Assembly: GCA_031371785.1 (NCBI GenBank)
Contig: JANMKC010000190.1
Span: 1 to 55,754 of the forward strand
Direction of reading: 5' to 3'
Length of the DNA stretch: 55,754 nt
DNA from: Flavobacteriales bacterium
GTDB lineage: Bacteria > Bacteroidota > Bacteroidia > Flavobacteriales_F > PHOS-HE28
Positions 19,740 to 27,395 of this stretch are shown here, in pieces. How positions within the stretch are numbered: position 1 is the first letter of the stretch; each line of letters begins with the position of its first letter. A program made the position numbers and the translations under genes. The notes under the pieces were generated by a model. It worked only from the letters and a program-made list of their open reading frames with translations, made no database searches and had not been told where the DNA came from.

Positions 19740-21296
19740 ATGAAATTAAGACCGATCCTTTCCTACCTCGGCCTCGCATGGTCGTTGGCCGCCTTTGCTC
19801 AAGCGCCCACCATCGAATGGCAGAAGTGCTTGGGCGGATCCGATGGGGATTTTGGCCAACGGATCAGGCCCACGGCCGATGGGGGGTACGTGCTGCTTGG
19901 TTCATCCACATCCACTGATGGCCAAGTGCAAGGTGCGCACGGGAATGAAGACGTGTGGCTCGTGAAGCTCAACGCGAGCGGGGATATACAATGGCAACGC
20001 GCCTTGGGTGGATCGGATGGGGACGAGTCGAACGACCTGACCGTTTGCTCGGATGGTGGTTACCTCATTCTGGGGTCCACGGTCTCAACGGATGGGGATG
20101 TGATGACGAACGACACCGTTGGGTTGATCCAGGCCTGGGTGGTGAAATTGGATACGTCGGGCACCATCGAATGGGAGCAGTGCTACGGGGTTATGGGCGG
20201 GGCGATACCCTATGCCATTCTCGAAACTTCGGGAGGCGGATACGCGCTCACCGCGAACGTCGGGACCGTCGATCAGGCGGACGATACATGGCTCGCCAAA
20301 CTGGACTCCGCAGGGACCATACTCTGGGAACGCACTTACGGTGGCTCCTCGTCGGACATAATCACCGCTATGCAACAAACGGTGGACGGTGGTTACATTC
20401 TCGCTGGCGTCACGGCCTCCAACGACGGGGACGTTTGGGGACTGCACAACAGCGAGGACGGCTGGGTGGTGAAAGTGGATGCATCGGGTAATATCGAATG
20501 GCAGCGTGCGCTCGGCGGGAGCTTCATCGATACGTTCATGGGCGTGCATCAAGCCATCGACGGCGGATACCTCGCCGTAGGTTACACGCACTCTACCGAT
20601 GGCGACGTCACCGGATGGCACGAAGGGTACGACCCCTGGGAGGGCTATCCATATCCGGACGGATGGGTCGTGAAGCTCAGCGCCGCCGGTGTGATCGAAT
20701 GGCAGCGCGCCTTGGGTGGTACGGACTTCGATAGCTTTTGGGGGTCCGCATATTCGACCGATGGGCTACTGACCCTCGTGGGCGAGGCCTATTCGGATGA
20801 TGGGAATGTATCCATCCAACACGGTGCCGGGGATCTTTGGGTGGCACAGCTCAATGCCTTCGGCACCTTGCAGTGGCAACGAAGTCTGGGCGGAACTGAG
20901 CTGGACCATGGGAACGGTGCAGCCTTCTGCGGTGATGGTAGCACTGTTCTTACGGGCTTCACCTCATCGGTGGATGGGGATGCATCCGGGAACCACGGGG
21001 GCGCTGACGCGTGGGTGGTGAAACTCGCTGGCAATAGCGCGGGCATCGCAGCACATAGCACTGTTGGCTTCGCCATTAACCCTGTTCCCGCTGCGGATGA
21101 ATTGTACATCACCGCAGCAGCGCCTTTGCGGAATGAACGCCTCACCCTCACCGATGCCCTCGGGCGCGAGGTCTTGCGCGCCTCCATGACCGGCACATCG
21201 CACACCCTCGCGGTGGGTGACTTGCCACGCGGGGTGTATGTCGTGACGTTGCGCACTGGCACCGCGATCAGTACGCAGCGGGTAGTACTGGAGTGA
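19740..21296 (+). CDS. T9SS type A sorting-domain protein with WQRALGG beta-propeller-like repeats
   Basis: Signal peptide, repeated DxWVVKL..G.IEWQRALGG units, CTD NPVPA...LPRGVYVVTL...QRVVLE. Confidence 0.88.
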   Translation: MKLRPILSYLGLAWSLAAFAQAPTIEWQKCLGGSDGDFGQRIRPTADGGYVLLGSSTSTDGQVQGAHGNEDVWLVKLNASGDIQWQRALGGSDGDESNDLTVCSDGGYLILGSTVSTDGDVMTNDTVGLIQAWVVKLDTSGTIEWEQCYGVMGGAIPYAILETSGGGYALTANVGTVDQADDTWLAKLDSAGTILWERTYGGSSSDIITAMQQTVDGGYILAGVTASNDGDVWGLHNSEDGWVVKVDASGNIEWQRALGGSFIDTFMGVHQAIDGGYLAVGYTHSTDGDVTGWHEGYDPWEGYPYPDGWVVKLSAAGVIEWQRALGGTDFDSFWGSAYSTDGLLTLVGEAYSDDGNVSIQHGAGDLWVAQLNAFGTLQWQRSLGGTELDHGNGAAFCGDGSTVLTGFTSSVDGDASGNHGGADAWVVKLAGNSAGIAAHSTVGFAINPVPAADELYITAAAPLRNERLTLTDALGREVLRASMTGTSHTLAVGDLPRGVYVVTLRTGTAISTQRVVLE

Positions 21297-21318
21297 ATGC
21301 ACATCATTGCTTCGTGGC
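21294..21318 (+). repeat. degenerate copy of the histidine kinase 3' end (19590-19613)
   Basis: TGAATGCACaTCaTTgCTTCGTgGC versus TGAATGCACcTCgTT-CTTCGTaGC: 21/24 identical plus one inserted base; the mismatches fall at third codon positions. Confidence 0.55.
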
Positions 21319-21345
21319 AATGCATTGCGCTAAAGACGACCGAAC

Positions 21346-21558
21346 ATGACACTGGCATCCCTTCGGGAAGAATGCAAGACGTTGGTGGATAGGATCCACG
21401 ACGAGCCCTCGTTGCGGACCTTCCGCGACTTGCTACTGCTTTCTCCGGAAGAGCAGAAAGCGTTCATCGTATGGGCACAAAAGCTTGAAAAGACCTCTCC
21501 ACTTTATCGCCCGTCGCTCCGTGACGCAGCGCTTTACTTGCAAGAGCGAAAGCGATGA
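21346..21558 (+). CDS. small hypothetical protein (orphan antitoxin-like helical)
   Basis: 70-aa ORF filling the gap; no recognised motif. Confidence 0.45.
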   Translation: MTLASLREECKTLVDRIHDEPSLRTFRDLLLLSPEEQKAFIVWAQKLEKTSPLYRPSLRDAALYLQERKR

Positions 21559-21599
21559 TCGGATCATATGTGATCACCGTGTCCGCAAGAAGAGGCCGA

Positions 21600-21607
21600 T
21601 ACATTTG
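21600..21607 (+). promoter_or_regulatory. Bacteroidota -7 promoter element for the enoyl-CoA hydratase operon
   Basis: TACATTTG matches TAnnTTTG, 41 nt upstream of ATG 21649. Confidence 0.6.
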
Positions 21608-21648
21608 CTTCCCTCGGCTGGCTCATTGGCTGATCGGCTGATCGACAC

Positions 21649-22455
21649 ATGGCATTCAACAACCTTCTTATCACCGATGATGGCGGCGTCCGCACCATCA
21701 CCATCAACCGGCCACAACAGCTCAACGCGCTCAACCGCGAGACCATCGCGGAATTCGACAGCGCGTTGAACGAAGCCGATGCGGACAAGAGCGTGCGCGT
21801 GCTCATCATCACCGGCAGCGGACCGAAGGCCTTCGTCGCGGGTGCAGACATCAAGGAGTTCGCGCACTTCGCTGTGGAAGAAGGCAAAGCCTTGAGCGCC
21901 GATGGCCAGAAGAAGCTCTTCGATCATGTGGAGCGCATGAGCAAACCGGTGATCGCCGCGGTGAACGGCTTCGCGCTCGGGGGCGGACTGGAACTGGCGA
22001 TGAGCTGCCACATCCGCGTAGCGAGCGACAACGCACGCATGGGCCTACCGGAAGTCTCGCTCGGCGTGATCCCGGGCTACGGCGGCACACAACGCCTGGC
22101 GCGACTGGTGGGCAAGGGCAAGGCGATGGAGATGATCTTCACCGCAGGCATGATCAAAGCCGACGAGGCCCTGCAATGGGGGCTCGTGAACCACGTTGTA
22201 GCACAGGCCGCAGGTCCCGGCGAAGTCGGGAACCAGTTGCTCGCCAAGTGCAATGAACTCGCCGCCGCCATCATGAAGAACTCACCTACCGCTCTCGCTG
22301 CCGCCATCCGCGCGGTGAACGCCGGTTACGAGCCGGGTGCCGATGGCCTGCAACGCGAGATCGAGGAGTTCGGTAAGCTCTTCGGCACGGCGGACTTCAA
22401 GGAGGGCACGAGCGCGTTCATGGAAAAGCGGGCGGCGAATTTCAGTGGACAGTAG
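21649..22455 (+). CDS. enoyl-CoA hydratase/isomerase (crotonase family)
   Basis: INRPQQLNAL, AFVAGADI, KPVIAAVNGFALGGGLELA, PEVSLGVIPGYGGTQRL. Confidence 0.95.
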   Translation: MAFNNLLITDDGGVRTITINRPQQLNALNRETIAEFDSALNEADADKSVRVLIITGSGPKAFVAGADIKEFAHFAVEEGKALSADGQKKLFDHVERMSKPVIAAVNGFALGGGLELAMSCHIRVASDNARMGLPEVSLGVIPGYGGTQRLARLVGKGKAMEMIFTAGMIKADEALQWGLVNHVVAQAAGPGEVGNQLLAKCNELAAAIMKNSPTALAAAIRAVNAGYEPGADGLQREIEEFGKLFGTADFKEGTSAFMEKRAANFSGQ

Positions 22456-22459
22456 CGGG

Positions 22460-22987
22460 ATGGATCCTGTAGAGAAGGTCTTCAAACTTCGGGTGGATCG
22501 TGGTTATATGGTTCCCGGAGGGCTGCTGGTTCTACTCTTGGGTTTGGGAATTTGCTACTTCGGCCTGCGGGGGGTCTTGCCCAAACCCCATTTTCGTTTC
22601 AATGACTATGTGACCATGTTTTTCTGCTTCGCGGTCGGCATCTTGTTTTGCATCGCTTACATGTTCCGTTTGTTCATCGTGAGCTTCAATGAAATCTCTT
22701 TGGATCTTGAGACCCGACGTATCGACGTGCATCCTCTTCTCGGCGGATCCTTCTCGTATCTGTCGAACGAACTGATCGGCTATAGCAACTCCACGGCGCA
22801 ATTCAGTGGAACAGGCAACAGTGGCCTTATCCTCTATTTTCCATCCGGCAAACATGTGGAGGTCTATGAATATTCGCATCAAGGGGTTGCTCGCTTCAAA
22901 GCACTATTGAAGCATCAGAAGGTCAAGTGTCTCGGCTCTGAGCTTTCGTGGTGCTTATTCCTGCGCTACAGTTTCGATCCCAAGTGA
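22460..22987 (+). CDS. cassette 1: 2-TM membrane protein with soluble beta-rich C-domain
   Basis: ATG 4 nt after the hydratase stop; paralogous to 23106-23618; stop overlaps the repeat R1 start (GTGA). Confidence 0.75.
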   Translation: MDPVEKVFKLRVDRGYMVPGGLLVLLLGLGICYFGLRGVLPKPHFRFNDYVTMFFCFAVGILFCIAYMFRLFIVSFNEISLDLETRRIDVHPLLGGSFSYLSNELIGYSNSTAQFSGTGNSGLILYFPSGKHVEVYEYSHQGVARFKALLKHQKVKCLGSELSWCLFLRYSFDPK

Positions 22988-23109
22988 GCATCCTCCGCAA
23001 ATTCGCCGACCAAACGGCCATCTATGGGTTGAGCAGCATCGTTGCGCGCTTCCTCGATCATCTGTTCGCCCCGCTCCATACGAACAAGGGTGTGAGTTCC
23101 GCGAGATGA
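22984..23109 (+). pseudogene. R1: flippase 5' remnant forming a 41-aa leader ORF
   Basis: First 72 nt match the flippase start (24644) at 67/72; translates MSILRKFADQTAIYGLSSIVARFLDHLFAPLHTNKGVSSAR*; stop overlaps ATG 23106. Confidence 0.9.
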
Positions 23110-23618
23110 GCAAGACGGCATTCACCCTTGCTCCGAACAAATTCAACCTTGGCTATTGTTGGCTCTTCTTCATTGCCCTTGCCGCCGTATCAGTCGCGCT
23201 GCTGCTGTGGCTACTACAGGGAGTGGAGGCCAAGAAGCTTCCAGCGATGCTCCTGTTGACAAGCATGATCGGGCTGCTCGCTGCCCAAGCGGGCTTGATC
23301 GTCCTGCGTCATCCATATCGACTGTCCTTGGATCACAGTACAGGGGATCTCCTTGGTACACGACCCTTTGGCGGTCCGCTGCGATTCAATGCGGCCGAGT
23401 TGCAGGGGTTCAGCAAAGCGCATGTTTGGATGGATGAGGAACATCACAAAGTGGTCATCCTTTATTTCAAGGATGGTCGGAAGATCGAGTTCTGCGAATT
23501 CATCGTTCGACCTATCGAAGCATTGTCCTTCTTCCTGAAACAGCGGAATGTGCCGCACTTCGGGGAAGAGCGTTCGTGGTTCCCGTTCAAGAAGATCAAG
23601 TACCGGTTCGACAAGTGA
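23106..23618 (+). CDS. cassette 2: 2-TM membrane protein, paralog of cassette 1
   Basis: 170 aa; shares SLD..T, GG, EL.G.S, ILYF..G, E.SW and Y.FD motifs with cassette 1. Confidence 0.75.
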   Translation: MSKTAFTLAPNKFNLGYCWLFFIALAAVSVALLLWLLQGVEAKKLPAMLLLTSMIGLLAAQAGLIVLRHPYRLSLDHSTGDLLGTRPFGGPLRFNAAELQGFSKAHVWMDEEHHKVVILYFKDGRKIEFCEFIVRPIEALSFFLKQRNVPHFGEERSWFPFKKIKYRFDK

Positions 23619-23710
23619 GCGTCCTCCGCAAACTCGCCGGGCAAACGGCCATCGACTCCCTGATCAAACCAATGTACCAACACATGGTATATTCGTGCTG
23701 CTTTCCCTGA
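23615..23710 (+). pseudogene. R2: flippase 5' remnant forming a 31-aa leader ORF
   Basis: First 39 nt match the flippase start at 38/39; MSVLRKLAGQTAIDSLIKPMYQHMVYSCCFP* stops 3 nt before the parD ATG. Confidence 0.9.
23675..23695 (+). promoter_or_regulatory. putative parDE operator and -7 promoter
   Basis: TACCA-N5-TGGTA palindrome overlapping TATATTCG, a TAnnTT(T/C)G element. Confidence 0.55.
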
Positions 23711-23713
23711 GCA

Positions 23714-23965
23714 ATGAGCAAAAACACATCCATCCTCCTGGGCGATCACTTCGAAGCCTTCGTGGCCAGGCAACTGAAGTCAGGCAAGTTCACCTCCGTA
23801 AGCGAAGTGATCCGCGCGGCCTTGCGGTTGTTCGAGGTCGAGGAATCAAAGAACGAAAGCCTCATCAAGGAGCTCAAGAAGGGCGAACGGTCGGGCTTCG
23901 TTCTTGACTTCGAACGCAACGACTTTCTGGCCGGTCTGCACCGCAAGCATGGCCGCAAGGCATGA
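23714..23965 (+). CDS. parD: ParD family antitoxin (RHH)
   Basis: KNTSILLGDHFEAFV...SGKF.SVSEVIRAALRLFE...GERSG. Confidence 0.9.
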   Translation: MSKNTSILLGDHFEAFVARQLKSGKFTSVSEVIRAALRLFEVEESKNESLIKELKKGERSGFVLDFERNDFLAGLHRKHGRKA

Positions 23966-24261
23966 AGCTGAATGTAAGGCGGGCCGCGACCGATGACCTG
24001 AAAAGCATCTGGCTGTACACGGCCGAGCATTGGTCCGTGGAACAGGCCGACCTGTACGTCAACCTGATCCTGGACGGATTCGATCATGTCCTGCGTGATC
24101 CAAGTGCTGGCAAGGACTTCGGGCATGTGCGGGAGGGCTACTTCGGCCTGAAGGTTGGATCACACCTGATCTTCTATCGGCAAGATGGAGTGGCCACCGC
24201 CATCGAGATCATCAGGGTGCTGCATGGACGCATGGACATAGAGGAGCGATTGAACCGATGA
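23962..24261 (+). CDS. parE: RelE/ParE family toxin
   Basis: AATDDLKSIWLYTAEHWS.EQAD.Y, HLIFYR, IEIIRVLHGRMD; ATGA overlap with parD. Confidence 0.9.
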   Translation: MKLNVRRAATDDLKSIWLYTAEHWSVEQADLYVNLILDGFDHVLRDPSAGKDFGHVREGYFGLKVGSHLIFYRQDGVATAIEIIRVLHGRMDIEERLNR

Positions 24262-24647
24262 GCATCCTCCGCAAACTCGCCGGGCAAACGGCCATCTATG
24301 GGATGAGCATCTCATGTTGTGTTGCGCTGTTGAGCGCTTGTTCCCTCTTCTTCGAAAAGAAGATCGAAGGCGATTGGACGGTGCATCGTCAGTCGCCACA
24401 GAGCGAAGGTGAACTGCAATTCATGGCAGGAGACTCGTTCGCCCTTGGGCCGGGACCGCACACTCCGCCGATCGATCCGCTCTCCCTTCCCTTGTCATCG
24501 CGCGGTACCTATCAGTTGTCCGGTGATTCGATCCAGTTCAACTCGGTTGGTGGGCGTATGAGCTTCAGGATCCGATGGCTCAACAAGGATCTCATCTCGT
24601 TGCGTGGTGATCGCGCCTACCTCGCACTATCGCGAAAAACCAAGTGA
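24258..24647 (+). CDS. cassette 4: lipocalin-like lipoprotein whose first ~17 codons are flippase remnant R3
   Basis: 24258-24309 match the flippase start at 49/52; continues in frame to lipobox LSAC, KKIEGDW and GTYQLSGD. Confidence 0.75.
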   Translation: MSILRKLAGQTAIYGMSISCCVALLSACSLFFEKKIEGDWTVHRQSPQSEGELQFMAGDSFALGPGPHTPPIDPLSLPLSSRGTYQLSGDSIQFNSVGGRMSFRIRWLNKDLISLRGDRAYLALSRKTK

Positions 24648-26182
24648 GCATCCTCCGCAAACTCGCCGGGCAAACGGCCATCTACGGGCTGAGCAGCATC
24701 GTTGCGCGCTTCCTCAACTACCTATTGCTGCCGCTCTACACGAGCGTGTTCCTGCCAGCGGAGTATGGCATCATCACCGCGCTCTATGCGCCGACGGCCT
24801 TCATGAACGTGGTGCTCACCTACGCGATGGAGACCACCTTCTTCCGCTATGCGAGCAGGGACCCTCATCCCCCGACCCCTTCTCCCGGGGAGAAGGGGAG
24901 CGAAGCTGTACGCGTCTACTCCACTGCTGTCTACGCGCTCACCATTTCCTCTTCGCTCTTCATGTTGCTGGGCTGCGTATTCGCGCAGGGCATCGCTGAC
25001 TTCCTCGGCTTTCCCACGCACACCAACATGGTGATCATGCTGGTGTTGATCATCGGCATCGACGCCATCACCGCTGTGCCGATGGCCCGGCTGCGGCAGC
25101 AGAACCGGCCGTGGAAGTTCGCCAGCATCAATGCGATGACCGTCGGCGTGAACATCGTCCTCAACCTCTTCGTGCTGCTCTACTGCATGCCGAAATACAA
25201 CGCAGGCCAACACAATGCGCTGATCGATGCGGTGTACGACCCGGCCCTCGGCGTGGGCTATGTCTTCTTCATCAACCTGATCAGCAGCGGCGTGAAGCTC
25301 CTGATGCTCCTACCGCAGTGGCCGCCTGTTCGGCTGCGCACCGGGCCGGACTATTTCTTCGGGATCGACAAGCAGTTGCTGCGGCCCATGCTGGTGTTCG
25401 CCACACCGCTCATGATCGCGGGCCTCGCCGGCATGGTGAACGAAACAGCGGACCGCATCCTGATGAAACACCTGCTGCCCGCGAACATCGCGGACACGCA
25501 GCTCGGCATCTACGGCGCGTGCTACAAACTGGCGATGCTGATCACCCTTTTCAGCCAGGCCTACCGGTTCGCGGCCGAGCCTTTCTTCTTCAGCCACGCC
25601 AAGGAAAAGGACAGCAAACACACCTTCGCGCACCTGATGAACGTGTTCGTGGCCGTGTGCATGGGCGCCTTCCTGCTGGTGATGCTCTTCCTCGACGTGT
25701 TCAAGCACTTCATCCCCAACCCCGCCTATTGGCCGGGCCTGCGCGTGGTGCCGATCCTGATGCTCGCCAATGTGTTCCTCGCCATCTACATCAACCAGGG
25801 CGTGTGGTACAAGCTGAGCGATCGCACGCGCGCCGGTGGAACCATCGCGCTCATCGGCGCTGCCATCACACTTGTGCTGCTCTTTTGGTGGATCCCGCTC
25901 TGGGGCTACATGGGCGCGGCCTGGGCCACGCTGGTGTGCTATGCGAGCATGGCCATCATCAGCTACGTGTGGGGGCAGAAGCACTATCCCATTCCGTACA
26001 ACCTCGTGCGCGTGTTGGGCTATATGGCCTTCGGTGTGGTGGCGTGGTGGGTGTGTGAGCAGTTGCCGTTGGAAGGAGTGATGAAGTATGCGGTGAGGGC
26101 GGTGGTGTTCTCTGGGTACTTGGGGTTGGTTTGGAGGGTGGAAGGGGCGAGAAGACCTACGAAGGATACGGCGCTGCAATAG
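24644..26182 (+). CDS. polysaccharide biosynthesis flippase (MOP/Wzx family)
   Basis: 512 aa, about 12-14 TM; LAGQTAIYGLSSI, YG....Y, METTFFRY, DRIL, GIYGACYKLA, YRFAAEPFFF. Confidence 0.9.
   Translation: MSILRKLAGQTAIYGLSSIVARFLNYLLLPLYTSVFLPAEYGIITALYAPTAFMNVVLTYAMETTFFRYASRDPHPPTPSPGEKGSEAVRVYSTAVYALTISSSLFMLLGCVFAQGIADFLGFPTHTNMVIMLVLIIGIDAITAVPMARLRQQNRPWKFASINAMTVGVNIVLNLFVLLYCMPKYNAGQHNALIDAVYDPALGVGYVFFINLISSGVKLLMLLPQWPPVRLRTGPDYFFGIDKQLLRPMLVFATPLMIAGLAGMVNETADRILMKHLLPANIADTQLGIYGACYKLAMLITLFSQAYRFAAEPFFFSHAKEKDSKHTFAHLMNVFVAVCMGAFLLVMLFLDVFKHFIPNPAYWPGLRVVPILMLANVFLAIYINQGVWYKLSDRTRAGGTIALIGAAITLVLLFWWIPLWGYMGAAWATLVCYASMAIISYVWGQKHYPIPYNLVRVLGYMAFGVVAWWVCEQLPLEGVMKYAVRAVVFSGYLGLVWRVEGARRPTKDTALQ
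24862..24900. repeat. REP-like palindrome inserted in frame in the flippase
   Basis: CCCTCATCCCCCGA then perfect 11-bp inverted repeat CCCCTTCTCCC-G-GGGAGAAGGGG; encodes PHPPTPSPGEKG. Confidence 0.75.
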
Positions 26183-26193
26183 ATGCACTTGTG

Positions 26194-27174
26194 ATGAGGA
26201 TCGTTGCCTACATCTCACTCTTGCTTATCTCCTGCTCAGGCGTTGCCCAAGAGCCCGACACACTGCGAACTGATTCGTCCATGGTCGTGACGACTGAATA
26301 TCCAGGAGGTGTTGAAGTACGGGAATTGATGAGGGCCAAGAACCTCATCTACTACCGCTTCTACTATCAAGGCTCGAAGGTCATTCACGAAACTGCTACC
26401 TACGATACACTGGGTAGGCGAATTGGAATTGGCAACGAGTTCGATGAGAAGGGACGGCTGGAGTTCACCAAGGACTATGACCGAGGCATTTGGACAGTGG
26501 TGAATGTGAAACGGCATCGATACGGCAAGCTCCAAGACCGGATGCGCGCAAAGGGAGACAGCTTGATCAAGGCGATCTATGGCTTGGAGTTCTTCAGCAA
26601 GAATGTCGTTTGGTGCATTGATGGGTCATACATGTACAATTCAGATCAGCAAGGCGATTGGGATGATGTATTCTCGAAGGAGCCGAAAAAATTCCTGCTC
26701 CGATACAACATCAAATTCGATGGCACGCATGTCTATGATGAGATGATCGAGTTCGAGCTGGACTCCGTTGGCAAGTTCATTCCGGACCCGTACGAGAGCA
26801 TCTATGGCTTCGAACAACTTCCAGACTCGGCCGACAAGGTTTTCAAACTCACTCATGCGATGGCCTTGGATATTTCGAGGCAGCATGGTCTGGTTGAAAC
26901 CGACACCACTCGCGCCGAAGCGTTCCTGAAATGGGAAGGACTTCGAACACATTCGCTCTACAACGGCCACTTCCGGTTCTATGTGACCCAACGGATAGGT
27001 TCCGATGTTGTGCGTGGTGCTAGGCCAAATCATTTTACTCGAACGAACCACTATCGCGTATGGGTCTTTAATCCCTGGTCCGGAGAGTTCATCGATGAAA
27101 AGAAGATGGACCAAGAGACCACTTGGGAAGGAGCTGGCGGGTATTCCACGGGGCTTTTCGCACCAAGCAAGTAG
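26194..27174 (+). CDS. hypothetical exported protein (accessory)
   Basis: Signal-like [19 protein letters not shown]; aromatic and acidic rich; more AT-rich than the flanks. Confidence 0.7.
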   Translation: MRIVAYISLLLISCSGVAQEPDTLRTDSSMVVTTEYPGGVEVRELMRAKNLIYYRFYYQGSKVIHETATYDTLGRRIGIGNEFDEKGRLEFTKDYDRGIWTVVNVKRHRYGKLQDRMRAKGDSLIKAIYGLEFFSKNVVWCIDGSYMYNSDQQGDWDDVFSKEPKKFLLRYNIKFDGTHVYDEMIEFELDSVGKFIPDPYESIYGFEQLPDSADKVFKLTHAMALDISRQHGLVETDTTRAEAFLKWEGLRTHSLYNGHFRFYVTQRIGSDVVRGARPNHFTRTNHYRVWVFNPWSGEFIDEKKMDQETTWEGAGGYSTGLFAPSK

Positions 27175-27260
27175 CTTCTCATTTGATCGAGACCTCCGCT
27201 TCGGGACACAGAACATGCATGGTGCTGTTCAGCATGAATCCTGGACGCGACCTTTGCTCC

Positions 27261-27389
27261 ATGTCCACCGTCTCAACTCTGCTCGAAACGACGACCATCC
27301 GCATCGTCAACAAGAGCAAGCACTCGCTCCCTTCCTACGCCACCGAGCATAGCGCCGGAATGGACCTGCGCGCCAACCGCTACTTTTGA
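27261..27389 (+). pseudogene. truncated dut 5' remnant
   Basis: [42 protein letters not shown]; 27298-27378 matches 28076-28156 at 76/81. Confidence 0.9.
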
Positions 27390-27395
27390 AGCACT

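Noticed and set aside
22793-22815. Short match CGGCG...TTCAGTGGA to the hydratase 3' end inside cassette 1
   Set aside because: Only about 14 matching nt, in the middle of an intact ORF and not at a junction; compatible with chance.
22984-24715. CRISPR array or classical integron
   Set aside because: Repeats are coding gene starts of unequal length separated by whole genes. They are not palindromic, have no RYYYAAC/GTTRRRY attC ends, and no cas or intI gene is nearby.
27185-27212. Possible flippase 3' remnant (AGACCTcCG...GGAcAC)
   Set aside because: Too short and gapped to support.
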